From assembly GCF_006345805.1 (NCBI RefSeq), contig NC_042998.1, positions 85,374,001 through 85,438,000 on the forward strand: DNA of 64,000 nt. Direction: 5' to 3'. This DNA is from Octopus sinensis. Taxonomy: Eukaryota. The notes beneath the pieces were generated by a model that ran no database searches, was not told where the DNA came from, and was given only the letters and a program-made list of their open reading frames with translations. The translations under genes were made by a program, and so were the position numbers. Below, in pieces: positions 53,055-64,000 of the stretch; position 1 is the first letter of the stretch, and the number at the start of each line of letters is the position of its first letter.

Positions 53055-54252
53055 ATAAGAGGTGCAGCAATATCAAAGGAAGGCTAACTGGGAGGATGTT
53101 TTTGTATGTGGCAGATGCTCGGGAGCAATAAATAACACTGAAAATGTGCAGAGAACAACTTTCGCCACATTCCAGGGAGAAAAACTAGAAGTAGTTGATA
53201 GCTTCCGTTACCTAGGTGACCAAGTCAGTAGCGGGGGAGGGTGCACTGAAAGTGTAGCTGCTAGAATAAGTATAGCTTGGGCAAAGTTCAGAGAACTCTT
53301 ACGAGAGAACTCGTACAAACAGCCATGTTACATGGCAGTGAAACATGGGCCGTGACTGCTGAGGACATGCATAAGCTCGCAAGAAATGAAGCCAGCATGC
53401 TCCAATGGATGTGTAATGTCAGTGTGCATACTCAACAGAGTGTTATTGTCTTGAGAGAAAGGTTGGACCTACGAAGCATCAGATGTGGTGTGCAAGAGAG
53501 ACAACTGCGCTGGTATGGTCATGTGGCAAGAATAGATGTGGATAGTTGTGTGAAAAAGTGCCACACCCAGCAGTTGAGGGAACCTGTGGAAGAGGTAGAC
53601 CTAGGAAGACCTAGGATGAGGTGGTGAAGCATGACCTTCAAAAATTGGGCTTCACCGAGACAATGACTAGTGACTGGGACCTCTGGAAATATGCTGTGCT
53701 TGAGAAGACTCAGCAAGCGCAAGTGAGACCATAACCTTATGGCCTATGCCAGGGGTGTAACCAGTCCACCTATACGTGCCTTCATTGGACACTAAACTCT
53801 GCTTGCAAAGACCTGTTGAGGCAAGTGAAATCAAAATCAAATTCAATGAATGGCATCCGTGCTAGTGGAGCACTAAGAGTACCAGATGAGTGAGATCACT
53901 GCCAGAGCAACAAGCTGGCCTCTGTACCGATAGCTCGTTAAAAACACCATTCAAGTGTGATCGTTACCAGCATCGCCTTACTAGCACTTGTGCTGGTGGC
54001 ACGTGAAAAAAAAAACATCCGAACGAGGTCGTTGCCAGTGCCACTGCACTGGCTCCTGTGCAGGTGGCATGTAAAAGCACCCACTACACTCTCGGAGTGG
54101 TTGGCATTAGGAAGGGCATCCAGCTGTAGAAGCTCTGCCAGATCAGATTGGAGTCTGGTGCAGCCATCTAGTTCACCAGACCTCAGTCAAATCGTCCAAC
54201 CCATGCTAGCATGGAAAGCAGATGTCAAACAATGATGATGATGATGATGATG
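53055..54252 (+). mobile_element. 5'-truncated RTE LINE with complete 3' UTR
   Basis: VFVCGRCSGAINNTENV...GEKLEVVDSFRYLGDQVSSGGGCTESVAARISIAWAKFRELL, TAMLHGSETWAVTAEDMHKLARNE...LRWYGHVARID, then UTR and (ATG)n tail. A short in-ORF deletion lies after FRELL. Confidence 0.92.
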
Positions 54253-54289
54253 GCATATATATATATATATACACACATGACAGGCTTAT

Positions 54290-54520
54290 TTCTACCAAGT
54301 CCACACACAAGGCTTTGGTCAGCCTGAGGCTATAGAAGACACTTGCCCAAGGTGCCATGCAGTGGGACTGAACCCGGAACCATGTCGTTGGGAAGCAAGC
54401 TTCTTACCACACAGCGACTCCTGCACCTATAGTGGAAGATACTTGCCCAAGGTGCCATGCAGTGGGATTGAACCTGAAACCATATGGTTAGGAAGCAAAC
54501 TCTGCAACCATGCAGCATGT
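54290..54520 (-). mobile_element. Family-A SINE head, tandemly duplicated
   Basis: GAAGA(C/T)ACTTGCCCAAGGTGCCATGCAGTGGGA.TGAACC..AACCAT occurs twice, about 100 bp apart. Confidence 0.8.
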
Positions 54521-55750
54521 CTATCATGTTAAATTAAAAGGCACACATACATACACACATTTAGAGTGTATAAAGACTAGCACTGGCTTGCATTGACAAG
54601 AATCAATTCAATTTAAAAAAAGAAAAACCATTAAGTTTGAAGATAAAAATATCTAATACTTCAGAAAGAGATTTTCATATGAAAATGAACAGTTCAGCCT
54701 AAAGCATTATTTCCTCTTATGGTAAACTAACACATCTCCTCATTTTGCTTTTACTGGCTAAAATAAACAGCCTGTATCAAGCTATTGGCAAAGTTTTGTC
54801 CCAGGACAAAACATTTAACTCTCAAAAGTCCAGTCTACCAAGCCATACAGACACGCACACACATATATGTATATATAAGAGAGGGGGACAACTTATTGCA
54901 GTAGTCAGTAGGGAAGAACATTATTATATAACTATGAAGCTATTCAAATAGGCTGCAATGCAGAGGTCAAATCCACTCTTCAATAGAAAACTGGGACACA
55001 AAACTAACACCCTATTTATGTAGAGGAATGTCAGTCACAGAAGCATTTAAAGCTGCCTTCAAAACCTCTGATAAAACTCCAACACAGCAATGACTTTGAA
55101 TAACAGAGCAGAGAAGGAAATTCAAGCGCATTATTACTAACACATAAATACAGGAAGTCAAATCCTTGAAATTTTATTCAATGTGCACACACGCAAATGT
55201 GCACTTACAAACATACATTAGTGTGTACAATGCATGTACAGACATATGCTTATGTGTACAATACATGCACAGACATATACACAATGTGAGCAGAGACACA
55301 CAATGTGCACATATAGACATAATATTTTCTTTAAGGAATTTCCAGCCAAACAGAACATATAGATACTGTAGTATACCCATCCAGGCTGCAGTAGTAGTTG
55401 TTTTAGTAGAAATACTAGCCTACATCTTCTGACGGAGGGAGGGGTACACCAAAATATATAGGGCTCTTTTGTAGCCATGTGGAAACCAAACTAATGTTTT
55501 ATTTATTTTTCTTGCTTCAGTTGAACCTTAGTAGTAGTAAACAGCCAAACATGTTATAGGCACAGACCTTTTTTTTTTTTTTTGCATAAGCAAGTAACAA
55601 TATTATCCCTGTTAGTGAATAACAAAAAGAATAGATAAAATAATTTTGTAAAGCTGTGTTGCACCAGAAATCTAGATTGTCCTCAATATCATCAATTACA
55701 CAAGAGCATAAATAACATTTATAAGAAAATTATATATATATATATATATA

Positions 55751-56128
55751 CTAGCAGTCTCGCCCGGCGTTGCTCGGGTTTGTAAGGGAAATAACTATAT
55801 AGCATTTTTAGAGAGTTATAGCCAAAAAATAGCAAAAAAATGCATTAAAAATGGAAAAAAAATTATGGTAAATTTTTTTTTAAATCGTTGACTCATCGTA
55901 GACATTTTTAGAGAGTTACTTCCCTTATATAATAGCGAAAAAAATGATAGTAAATTTTTTTTTTAATCGTAGACTCATCGTAGACGCGCGCTAATACCCA
56001 GAAGGGCTCGATATGAATCACGACTATAAGATACCCGCTTTTGGTTACACTGCACCGCAAAATGTGGGAGTAGTTAGGAATCTAAATCGAAGGAGACAGA
56101 CACACAACTTCACTTTAATATATAAAGA
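55751..56128 (-). mobile_element. Non-autonomous Helitron (young, CpG-rich)
   Basis: On the minus strand: A|TCTTTATATATTAAAG ... CCCGAGCAACGCCGGG hairpin ... CTAG|T, the canonical AT target with TC/CTAG ends. Contains an internal duplication of about 100 bp. Confidence 0.88.
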
Positions 56129-57729
56129 TATAATGAAATAAAACTAAAAAGTAAAAATAAAGATTATACGAAACAGCAAGAATTGTTTTAATTCTTATTT
56201 ATTTTTCACAATAATACTAATTCGAAATAATTAGAAAAACACATCAGAATATTTTTTTAAATAGAAAAATCAATGTTGTGGAAATGCAATGATTAGGTGT
56301 TGGCAAAAAAGCATGACTTTTTTCTTCCTTGTCTATTTTTTTTTAATTAATAACCAATAAAGTGAGGTGTTAGAAAGGGGTGGATGAATAGTAGCGACAA
56401 AATAGATGTGAAAACAGAAGGTAAGAAGAGCAAGCAGATTAGCCAAGTAAAAATAAGTTGCTGCCTCAGCTTATTATTGATCACTGATCACTACTGACTG
56501 CTTTGTTATCTATTAGTTCGACTACTATCATCAAGCAGTGAACTACTCTGACAGACATTAGGAAATACACTCGGAATTTTATTCAACCATTCAGTCAACA
56601 ATATAAGTCAGACACAACATCACATAGTATATCAATATTTATAATATACCTATTTATTACATGCATATATATCTATATAAATATATACATATACACACTC
56701 ACATACATATATACAAAATGCTGTAAAGAATGCTTTGCCTTCCATTCTTATGAGGCAGAGTGAGTGATAATTATAGTACCACTCCAGTTCAGTACTGGGG
56801 GTCAGTTCTCTTTCTCTTTGGAAGAAATAGGCTGTGTTCAGACCTGGAAAAAGGATGGTTTCTGCTAGGTTTAAATTGCCCATCATAGCATCACAGCTAC
56901 TTTGACTCTATCAGGAGGTCCTTCCTGCCACTCCATTCTACTCAATTGTAAAAAGGTAACCCTGCACAGACCAGTCTTCTAATCAGAGGGAATGTTGGCT
57001 GGCTCACCTAACCAGCAGGGTGGCATCATTCACAAGCTAAAATGATGCAAAGCACAATACAACCAACAATGCATAACATGTGATAGTCTGGTCAATCACA
57101 CAATGTACACATACACACAAATAGGTCACCAACACTGACCGACGATTGTACCAAAAGTAACATCATGCAGTAAAATGCTAACTTCGACACGCATTACAAG
57201 TAATATTAAAATTAAGATCTTTATTTTCACTGAAGTAAGGGTAAGCAAAACTTATTTGATCACTCATTCAATCCCTGACAACATCAGGGCTTCCAACAAT
57301 TGATGTTATCAAGATGAACCTGATCATTTGAGAAGAGATGCTTTTCCCCATGGTCAGTTTATCCACCAAGTTCAGTCAAACAATTTTCAGTAATTGCCCT
57401 TGGTATTATCTTTGGATAATCATAGCAATGCTGAGTCTGTCCAGCTTTTTATTCCATTGGTTCTCACACATTGAAACTGACTTTTATTTTCTTTTTTACT
57501 GGTTAACAACAATATAGTTTTCATTCAAACTGTGTTAATAGAAAGAGGTGGGGTCTACAGCCTCCATCTATGAATTTGAATCCCTGGGCACTCACCAGCC
57601 TGTGGCTTGCTCAAGATACATGCAATGAGATCTGAAACAATATGGTCACTAAGTGAACTTTATAACCACACAGCCATGCTTGCGTCTATGTATGTATAAA
57701 CATATATTTACACACATCTTATGAACGCA

Positions 57730-57769
<40 letters not shown>

Positions 57770-58149
57770 CATAGATGTAACATACATTTATTAACTTTGT
57801 ATATTCTCAAGAGGAGATGTTATTACTACAAGCAACTGAAAGACAAAACCATTAGATATTTAATTTAAAATGTCAGCTATTACCACTAACTTTTTCCTGG
57901 GATATAAATATGTAAACTCTTCAATAGTTGCTTTAAAAGGATATACTTTAAATTTAAAAAATACAGGATACACATGTATGTTTATATATACATCTCCCTC
58001 CCTACCTTGCTTTCAGTGTTGTTTGCATAGCATGCATACCCACCACTGTATTATTTTAAAGTGAGTACGTACATGCATACACATAGTCATAGTTATGTGA
58101 TGAAGTTTGCTTTGCAACCACTTGGTTCTGGTGTTTGCTGTGGGTGCTT

Positions 58150-58600
58150 AGTAACATTTTCCATGCTTTTTACACTGAAGTCATTCAGTCCTCATCCACA
58201 GGATTGACAAAGATTTCTCGAGTTAACCAGTTGTTAATCACTGACAACCAAATTACAAAACATGGAACCACATCAAAGCTTTCTCCAAGCTGACAAGTGT
58301 TAAGTGCAGTCACTTACTTGTTCATCTCTTGCAGCTGTCTTATTACAAAGAGAGCATCAGTAGTAACTTTTCATGGCCAAAAATTAAGCCAATTCTAGCC
58401 TGGGCTAATTTTCTTCCCAATATAACATTTTTATAGACTTTCATAACCTGGTCTATCAATTTGATACCTCTAGTTTCCTTTCCCTTTATTATTGTACCAG
58501 ATGATGAAGAAGATACTGCTATGCCAGCCATTGGATATGACTTTTTATGCCATTGGACCTGACTAACTATGCAAATGACTAGCACATGACCTACTTTGCC
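58150..58600 (-). mobile_element. Decayed RTE reverse-transcriptase fragment
   Basis: RGIKLIDQVMKV, then TTDALFVIRQLQEM, then LEKA, matching the RT N-terminal motifs YRGIKLL, STTDAIF and DLEKAFD with frameshifts. Confidence 0.75.
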
Positions 58601-60898
58601 TGATATTTTCAGCTACCACCCCCACTCCTTTCTTTCTAATTACAATTTATAAAATTATTTTTAAAAAATTCTAATTAGGTAACATAAAAGGGAACATTTA
58701 ACCCTTCAGTTGAAATTCACAACTACTGAGGAGCTATATTTGCCAAAAGTGTACATATATCAGTACCTAATAGGATGGAATCTCTTCAATGTCCTTTATA
58801 TAAATTGTACTGTTGGTCCAAATAGATCAAAGAAAGCTATTTCAGCTCTAAATTTGAAGACTGATTGCAACAAACAATATCTGGGCATTAGTACAGGCTA
58901 ACTGAAGTATAATACATTAAACGAGATTGATTTTTACACTGATAAAATGTAGATATATTTATTGAGAAATGCCAGTTTACTAGTATTTTGTTTTTAATTT
59001 TATATAATATGAAAACAAAAACCAGTGTTAAATGCTTCACTCAGATCAGATGGTAAGCCTTAAGAGATTACTCTTCTCATAAATGATATGCAACAAAGAT
59101 ATTTACACTCAGAAAACAAAGTTGTGATGTTTTGATCACTGAACCAAATTCAATACATATTCAATAAAAGTTATCTTGTAACCCACTGTGTTACAGATGC
59201 AAAACTAAGTTTTAGCTGAATATCAAAACAAGTTAACTAGAGTGATACCTGTCGCTGTCCCCATACTATTTAGTAAGTTGAACTCACATGCATGAATCTT
59301 GTACATTTTTAGAACAGAAAGTATGGGTTGACAATGTTCGTGTTTTTCCCCCACAAAGATCATAAGTGAGATGTGACTTAAATGGTGTCAGTAGGGAAAA
59401 AGAAGCAGTACATGAACTTGATATAGTGGAAATGAGCTAACAGTAACCTATGTCCACATATAAATAATAAACAAAAGTCTAAACAACAAAACCTTAAAAT
59501 TTTCTACATATTTCATAAATATTGGCCTGAGATGAAAAGGTCAGAAAAATCCAATAGCATCTATTTTGATGTCTTTGTATATAATGGCATTAATACTATA
59601 ATGCAATAAATTGTTAAAGTATCAATTACAGTCTTCCTTCTAGATATTAACTTCAAATGTGAAGCAGTACCACACAAAACTACATTCTTTAACCAATCCT
59701 TACATGCACAACATCACAAAAATCATACTAACCTTACTTACATTCATTTTTAAGGAAGTAAGGAACTCTCTATTCTAAAGGAGAAAACACCAGTTCCCAC
59801 TTCTATTTTATTTATGTTCTGTTATAGAATTATTCAGCTATAATAGAGCAAGCTATACCTATTTTAGACCTGAAGTAGTTTTGTTTTGTTCTAAAAATAA
59901 ATGTTAACAGATTAAAACACCTCAGCATGATGAAAATTCAATTATTATTTTGACTAGACACAAAAACATTTCTTTAGAAGCAAATGGAAGAAACTAGCAG
60001 TTAATTTACATGCCAGTGTATTACTAGTACTTAGTTTATTGCTCTTTACAAGATTTGAATATAGATACAAAAAGCCTTAATCTGTATATGCTAGAAGCGA
60101 GTTAACATTTTGAGTAAAGCAACCAACAAATAAAATAACAATGTTGCTAGTGTTATACACTTTTAAAACCATTACAAAAGATGTCATAAGGCAACATAGT
60201 GCCTATGAATCTTAGATTAGAGGGGTTTTATACTACAGAAATATCTAACAGCTGGGAGGACAAAAAAAGGTTGTAAAAGTAGAAAGATATGGGTGAATAT
60301 TGAGCAAGAGCCTATTCTGGATTAATCCTGTTTGTATCAACCTGCTTGAGACCACCCCTAGTTCTATAATAAAATGTTCCTGCTTTAAAGTGATTAAAAT
60401 TAAAACCATTCATCAAAATTTCATGTTATGTTGAAATAAAAGCAGTGTATTTCAACAGAAATATGATAAATGGTTTAAATATATATTGGATGGATGGATG
60501 TACTGAAGAAGCTAAGATTTGTTTAATATTTCCATTTAGATATGTTGCCCATAATATATAACACTTACTCTCCCTCACCAATTTGTCTTGTATTTACATT
60601 CAACTGGACAGGAGACAGCAATATTTGAGTACCACTTTTATTTAAATAAAAACAGATGTAAAATGATGATGAATACATAAAGAATAAGCAATTTAAGTCA
60701 TCCATCCAGATTATTAAGTCTGAAATAACTAAATGTATATGAGTTAATTCATATGCACTTCATACATTTTGTTGTATTTCTGAGCAAGACCAATACTGAT
60801 ATATAATAAGGTCATAAATTTGCTGTGATGAGCATGTTAGATTTAATAGTACATACTTTATCGACCAAAAAGGAACATAAAGGTCAACTTAGCCCCAT

Positions 60899-61123
60899 TT
60901 AACCCTTTAATATTTAGATTATTCAGTCAAATGTAATGCTTACTTATTCATTGTTTTGAATTAATCATACATTATCTCAAAACTTCAAGATTTCTATGAT
61001 CTAATTGTTACTTTTAGAATGACATTGTAGGCTAAGTATGAGGGACCAAATATGACTAGTTTGAATATAAAGCAAGTAGAATATTTGGGGTGGATATGGC
61101 CGGATTAAATGTTAAAGAGTTAA
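60899..61123. mobile_element. TTAA-flanked piggyBac-type MITE, family 1 (complete copy)
   Basis: TTAA|CCCTTTAATATT ... AATGTTAAAGAG|TTAA. Related copies at about 29200-29418, 32830-33050 and 37125-37350. Confidence 0.8.
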
Positions 61124-62215
61124 ATCAATAACAGAATTCCATTATATTAAGTACCAGTAATGTACTATATTGTAAGGGAGTGGGTGAGAAATAACCTCAT
61201 GAACTTCTGCTGAAGTTAGAAATCAATATTTATTCTTTCTATACATGCTCTCACAACAAAATGGTTTCATTCTATTCTGTAAATGATATTTGATGTTTTA
61301 GAATTCTTAGCTTGAAATTTCAACTCATTTAAATTCACTTCATTCCTTGAACCCACATAGCTCAATCAAAACGCTTATATGTTTATTCATCTCATCTCTA
61401 ATCATTTTATTAAGGTATCTGAATTCATGTCTACATTACTGAACCATCCTTTAAGAAAATGAGATAAATAAAATAAAAAAATTAAATTTTATGGTTGTTC
61501 ACACAAAATGTAAACTGCAGACAACATTTTTCTGACAGCATCGAAAAGGAAAACCCAAAACAACTATAGAAATCTGGAGCGTTTTGTAATGATAAGGACA
61601 TGAATTATTCATGTGTACAGTCAACTTCACAGAGTCAGTTAAACTTAGTAGCAATTTTGAAATTAATAATATGTTTATTTTTATTTTATTTTATTTATTT
61701 TTTTGAATAAGAATGAATTACAGTGTAACTAGCTGAAAACTAGCTGTTACAGAATTAGAATGATAGAATGGTTTATAAAATGGTTTACAATGAGGAAGGT
61801 ATCATATTGTCAGAAAATATGCACCAAGAATGTTGGAATAAGTAATTTAACACATACCACAAAAAAGATTTTGTTGAAAAATAACCACAGGTTATAGCGA
61901 TAAATTGATAAATTGAAAAAGAAAACTGTATTTGATGTCATAAAAAATGTACAGGCACTTTACAAGCACCCCAATTTCAGCAGCCTATATTTAGAAAAAA
62001 AAAAGCATTTATTGCATTAAACTATGTAATATTAGCTTACGGGAGGCACAACTTTGCATATAGGACCCAGGGCGGTCCTTTTTAACATTTTCTTTTTGCA
62101 AAAAGTGCTTCTTATGTGCCATTAAATATGTTATATTAATTTGAAGTCCTTAAAAGATATTGAGAGGAGGTTGTGAAAAAAAAAAGGAGCTTTAATGTAA
62201 ATTTACAAGCAGTTG

Positions 62216-62253
<38 letters not shown>

Positions 62254-64000
62254 ATATATATACACTTTGGCATAAATAGCTTGAGATTTGGTTCAGTAGA
62301 AAAAAAGTTAGATCAAAATATGTGACCTCAAGTGGGGCAGTAAGGCAGATATTCATTTTCAATTAACATAAACTTTTTAATTTTAAATTAAAAGTATACT
62401 TTTCTTAGGCTTAAATGATAGAAAAATGCATGGGGAATTCAGAATCGTTAGTTGGATTGAACAAAAATTAGTAGAAAAACGTTTATGAAGTAAAATATTA
62501 TGAAATTTTATGTCAATAACTAAGGGAGTAACGCTTAAGCAATAAAAATAAGGAATATATTTCTAAAATGAATATTCACATTCTAAGGTGGCGAGCCGGC
62601 AGAAACGTTAGCATGCTCGGCAAAATGCTTAGCAGTATTTCACCTGTTTTTACATTTTGAGTTCAAATTTCGCCATGGTCGACTTTGACATATAGATTAT
62701 TTCATTAATTTTTTTTAACAAAACACTTTCAAACTTCTGAGACTGGTAGAATGTGTCACATACAACAAGGTTTACTCTTAACATTTTTGACAAAATTTTG
62801 TATTTTAGAAGTTATTTCATCAGAAGTTACAGAGTGACAATGGACAAATTCATGTTTGATGAGTGCCAATAAACAAAACGCTTAGCTTTTGACTTACTGT
62901 CTAACTTCTACTGATGATATATATATACATATTGCGTATATGTGTAAAAACATCTCATGACGGAAACAAACCAATGAAAGAGCCTCTACCTGGTCGCCCG
63001 ACACGCTAAAAATAGCAGCCAAAGTATCCCCCTACCTAAATAACACATCCATTGTATGTAATGTCTTAGATTATCCCTAAAAAGACGTTTTGCTGAAGGC
63101 TGGAATGTCTTTGATGATAGGTTTGCAGTATCAGGGTTGGTTTGAGGCTAAATAACAACATTATGGTAAATTTCTATATTAACACCTGCACGATTTTCAC
63201 TAAGAACAAAAAAAAAAAAAAATTTGATTTTTTGAGTGGAATCAAGTATCCTGACCTCCTAATATGCTGCAAATTCCTTGTTTTGGTTCAGAAAAAATAA
63301 GGTGGGGTCCCCACCCCCACTTCAATCCCAGAATCATTGGAATTTTTTTGTCGTTAAATGAATTCCTGTGACCTTCTTAATATTGCAAAAATTAGATTAC
63401 TTAAGGTGAGCCTGGTAACTGATGGTTTGGGGGTCTTGTTGTTTGTAACTTTTGGTGAGCCATGGTGCAACCAACAATATAAAAATCCCTGCCATTAATT
63501 TGGTGTGGATGGGTAATATCAAATAATTCAATCACAACATATATTTATATTATACATAAAAAAATTGAAATATTATCATCACCTACATGGAAAAATTGAA
63601 ATATTATCTTTCAGTAGAAAAATGTGAGCATGAAAAGTCATATTCTTAAGATTATAAAATTGGAAAAGTACAGGATAAGTTATTACACCTGTAAAAGTTT
63701 AGGACAAGCTATTCTAGTAAAGTAAATAAGAAACTTTTTACTTAAAATATTGCAGCTAAAATAAAAATTTGAATATCAAAACATTTTATTATAGTTTACA
63801 AATAACACTATACTTACTTAAATAGAATTTGGCTAATTTACTACCTTTAAATAGAGATAAAAAAATGACTAATTAGACAAACTTACAAATTAGCTGAACA
63901 GTTTTGTACTATAAATTTAAAAGATGAGAACTGTAAAGAGTGATAAATTAGAAGAACTGGCATTCTTTGCTGCAATATTTTAAGTAAAAAGTTTCTTCTT

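Noticed and set aside
56462-56540. Minus-strand TTGATGA...CTGA with a weak terminal stem
   Set aside because: Non-consensus C box, internally repetitive TGATCA sequence and no identifiable target.

Overview
AT-rich eukaryotic non-coding DNA, dense in microsatellites ((TA)n, (CA)n, (GA)n, (ATC)n, (ATT)n) and transposon relics. The repeat repertoire resembles that of octopod cephalopod genomes; this is an inference from recognising the repeats, not a database match. I find no confidently supported intact protein-coding gene, and almost all ORFs in the supplied track are microsatellite or transposon artefacts. Supported content: many 5'-truncated RTE LINEs with a VNTR-bearing 3' UTR and (ATG)n tail, CR1-like RT fragments, two R4/Dong-like fragments in (ATT)n tracts, a Tc1/mariner transposase C-terminus, a piggyBac 5' end plus two TTAA-flanked MITE families, two Helitrons, a Helentron-like element and several tRNA-derived SINE families. 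The most notable item is a young 404-bp palindrome (7145-7548; 188-bp arms, 3 mismatches) carrying a minimal hammerhead-ribozyme motif with a variant CUAAUGA core in each arm, probably a Penelope-like pLTR. Other leads are a decayed non-repetitive ORF of unknown origin (2864-3520), an A/B higher-order 60-bp array inside an RTE 3' UTR, an exact 487-bp-period duplication, and a speculative chain of 13 tiny minus-strand exon candidates that splice in frame. Boundaries of old repeats are approximate.
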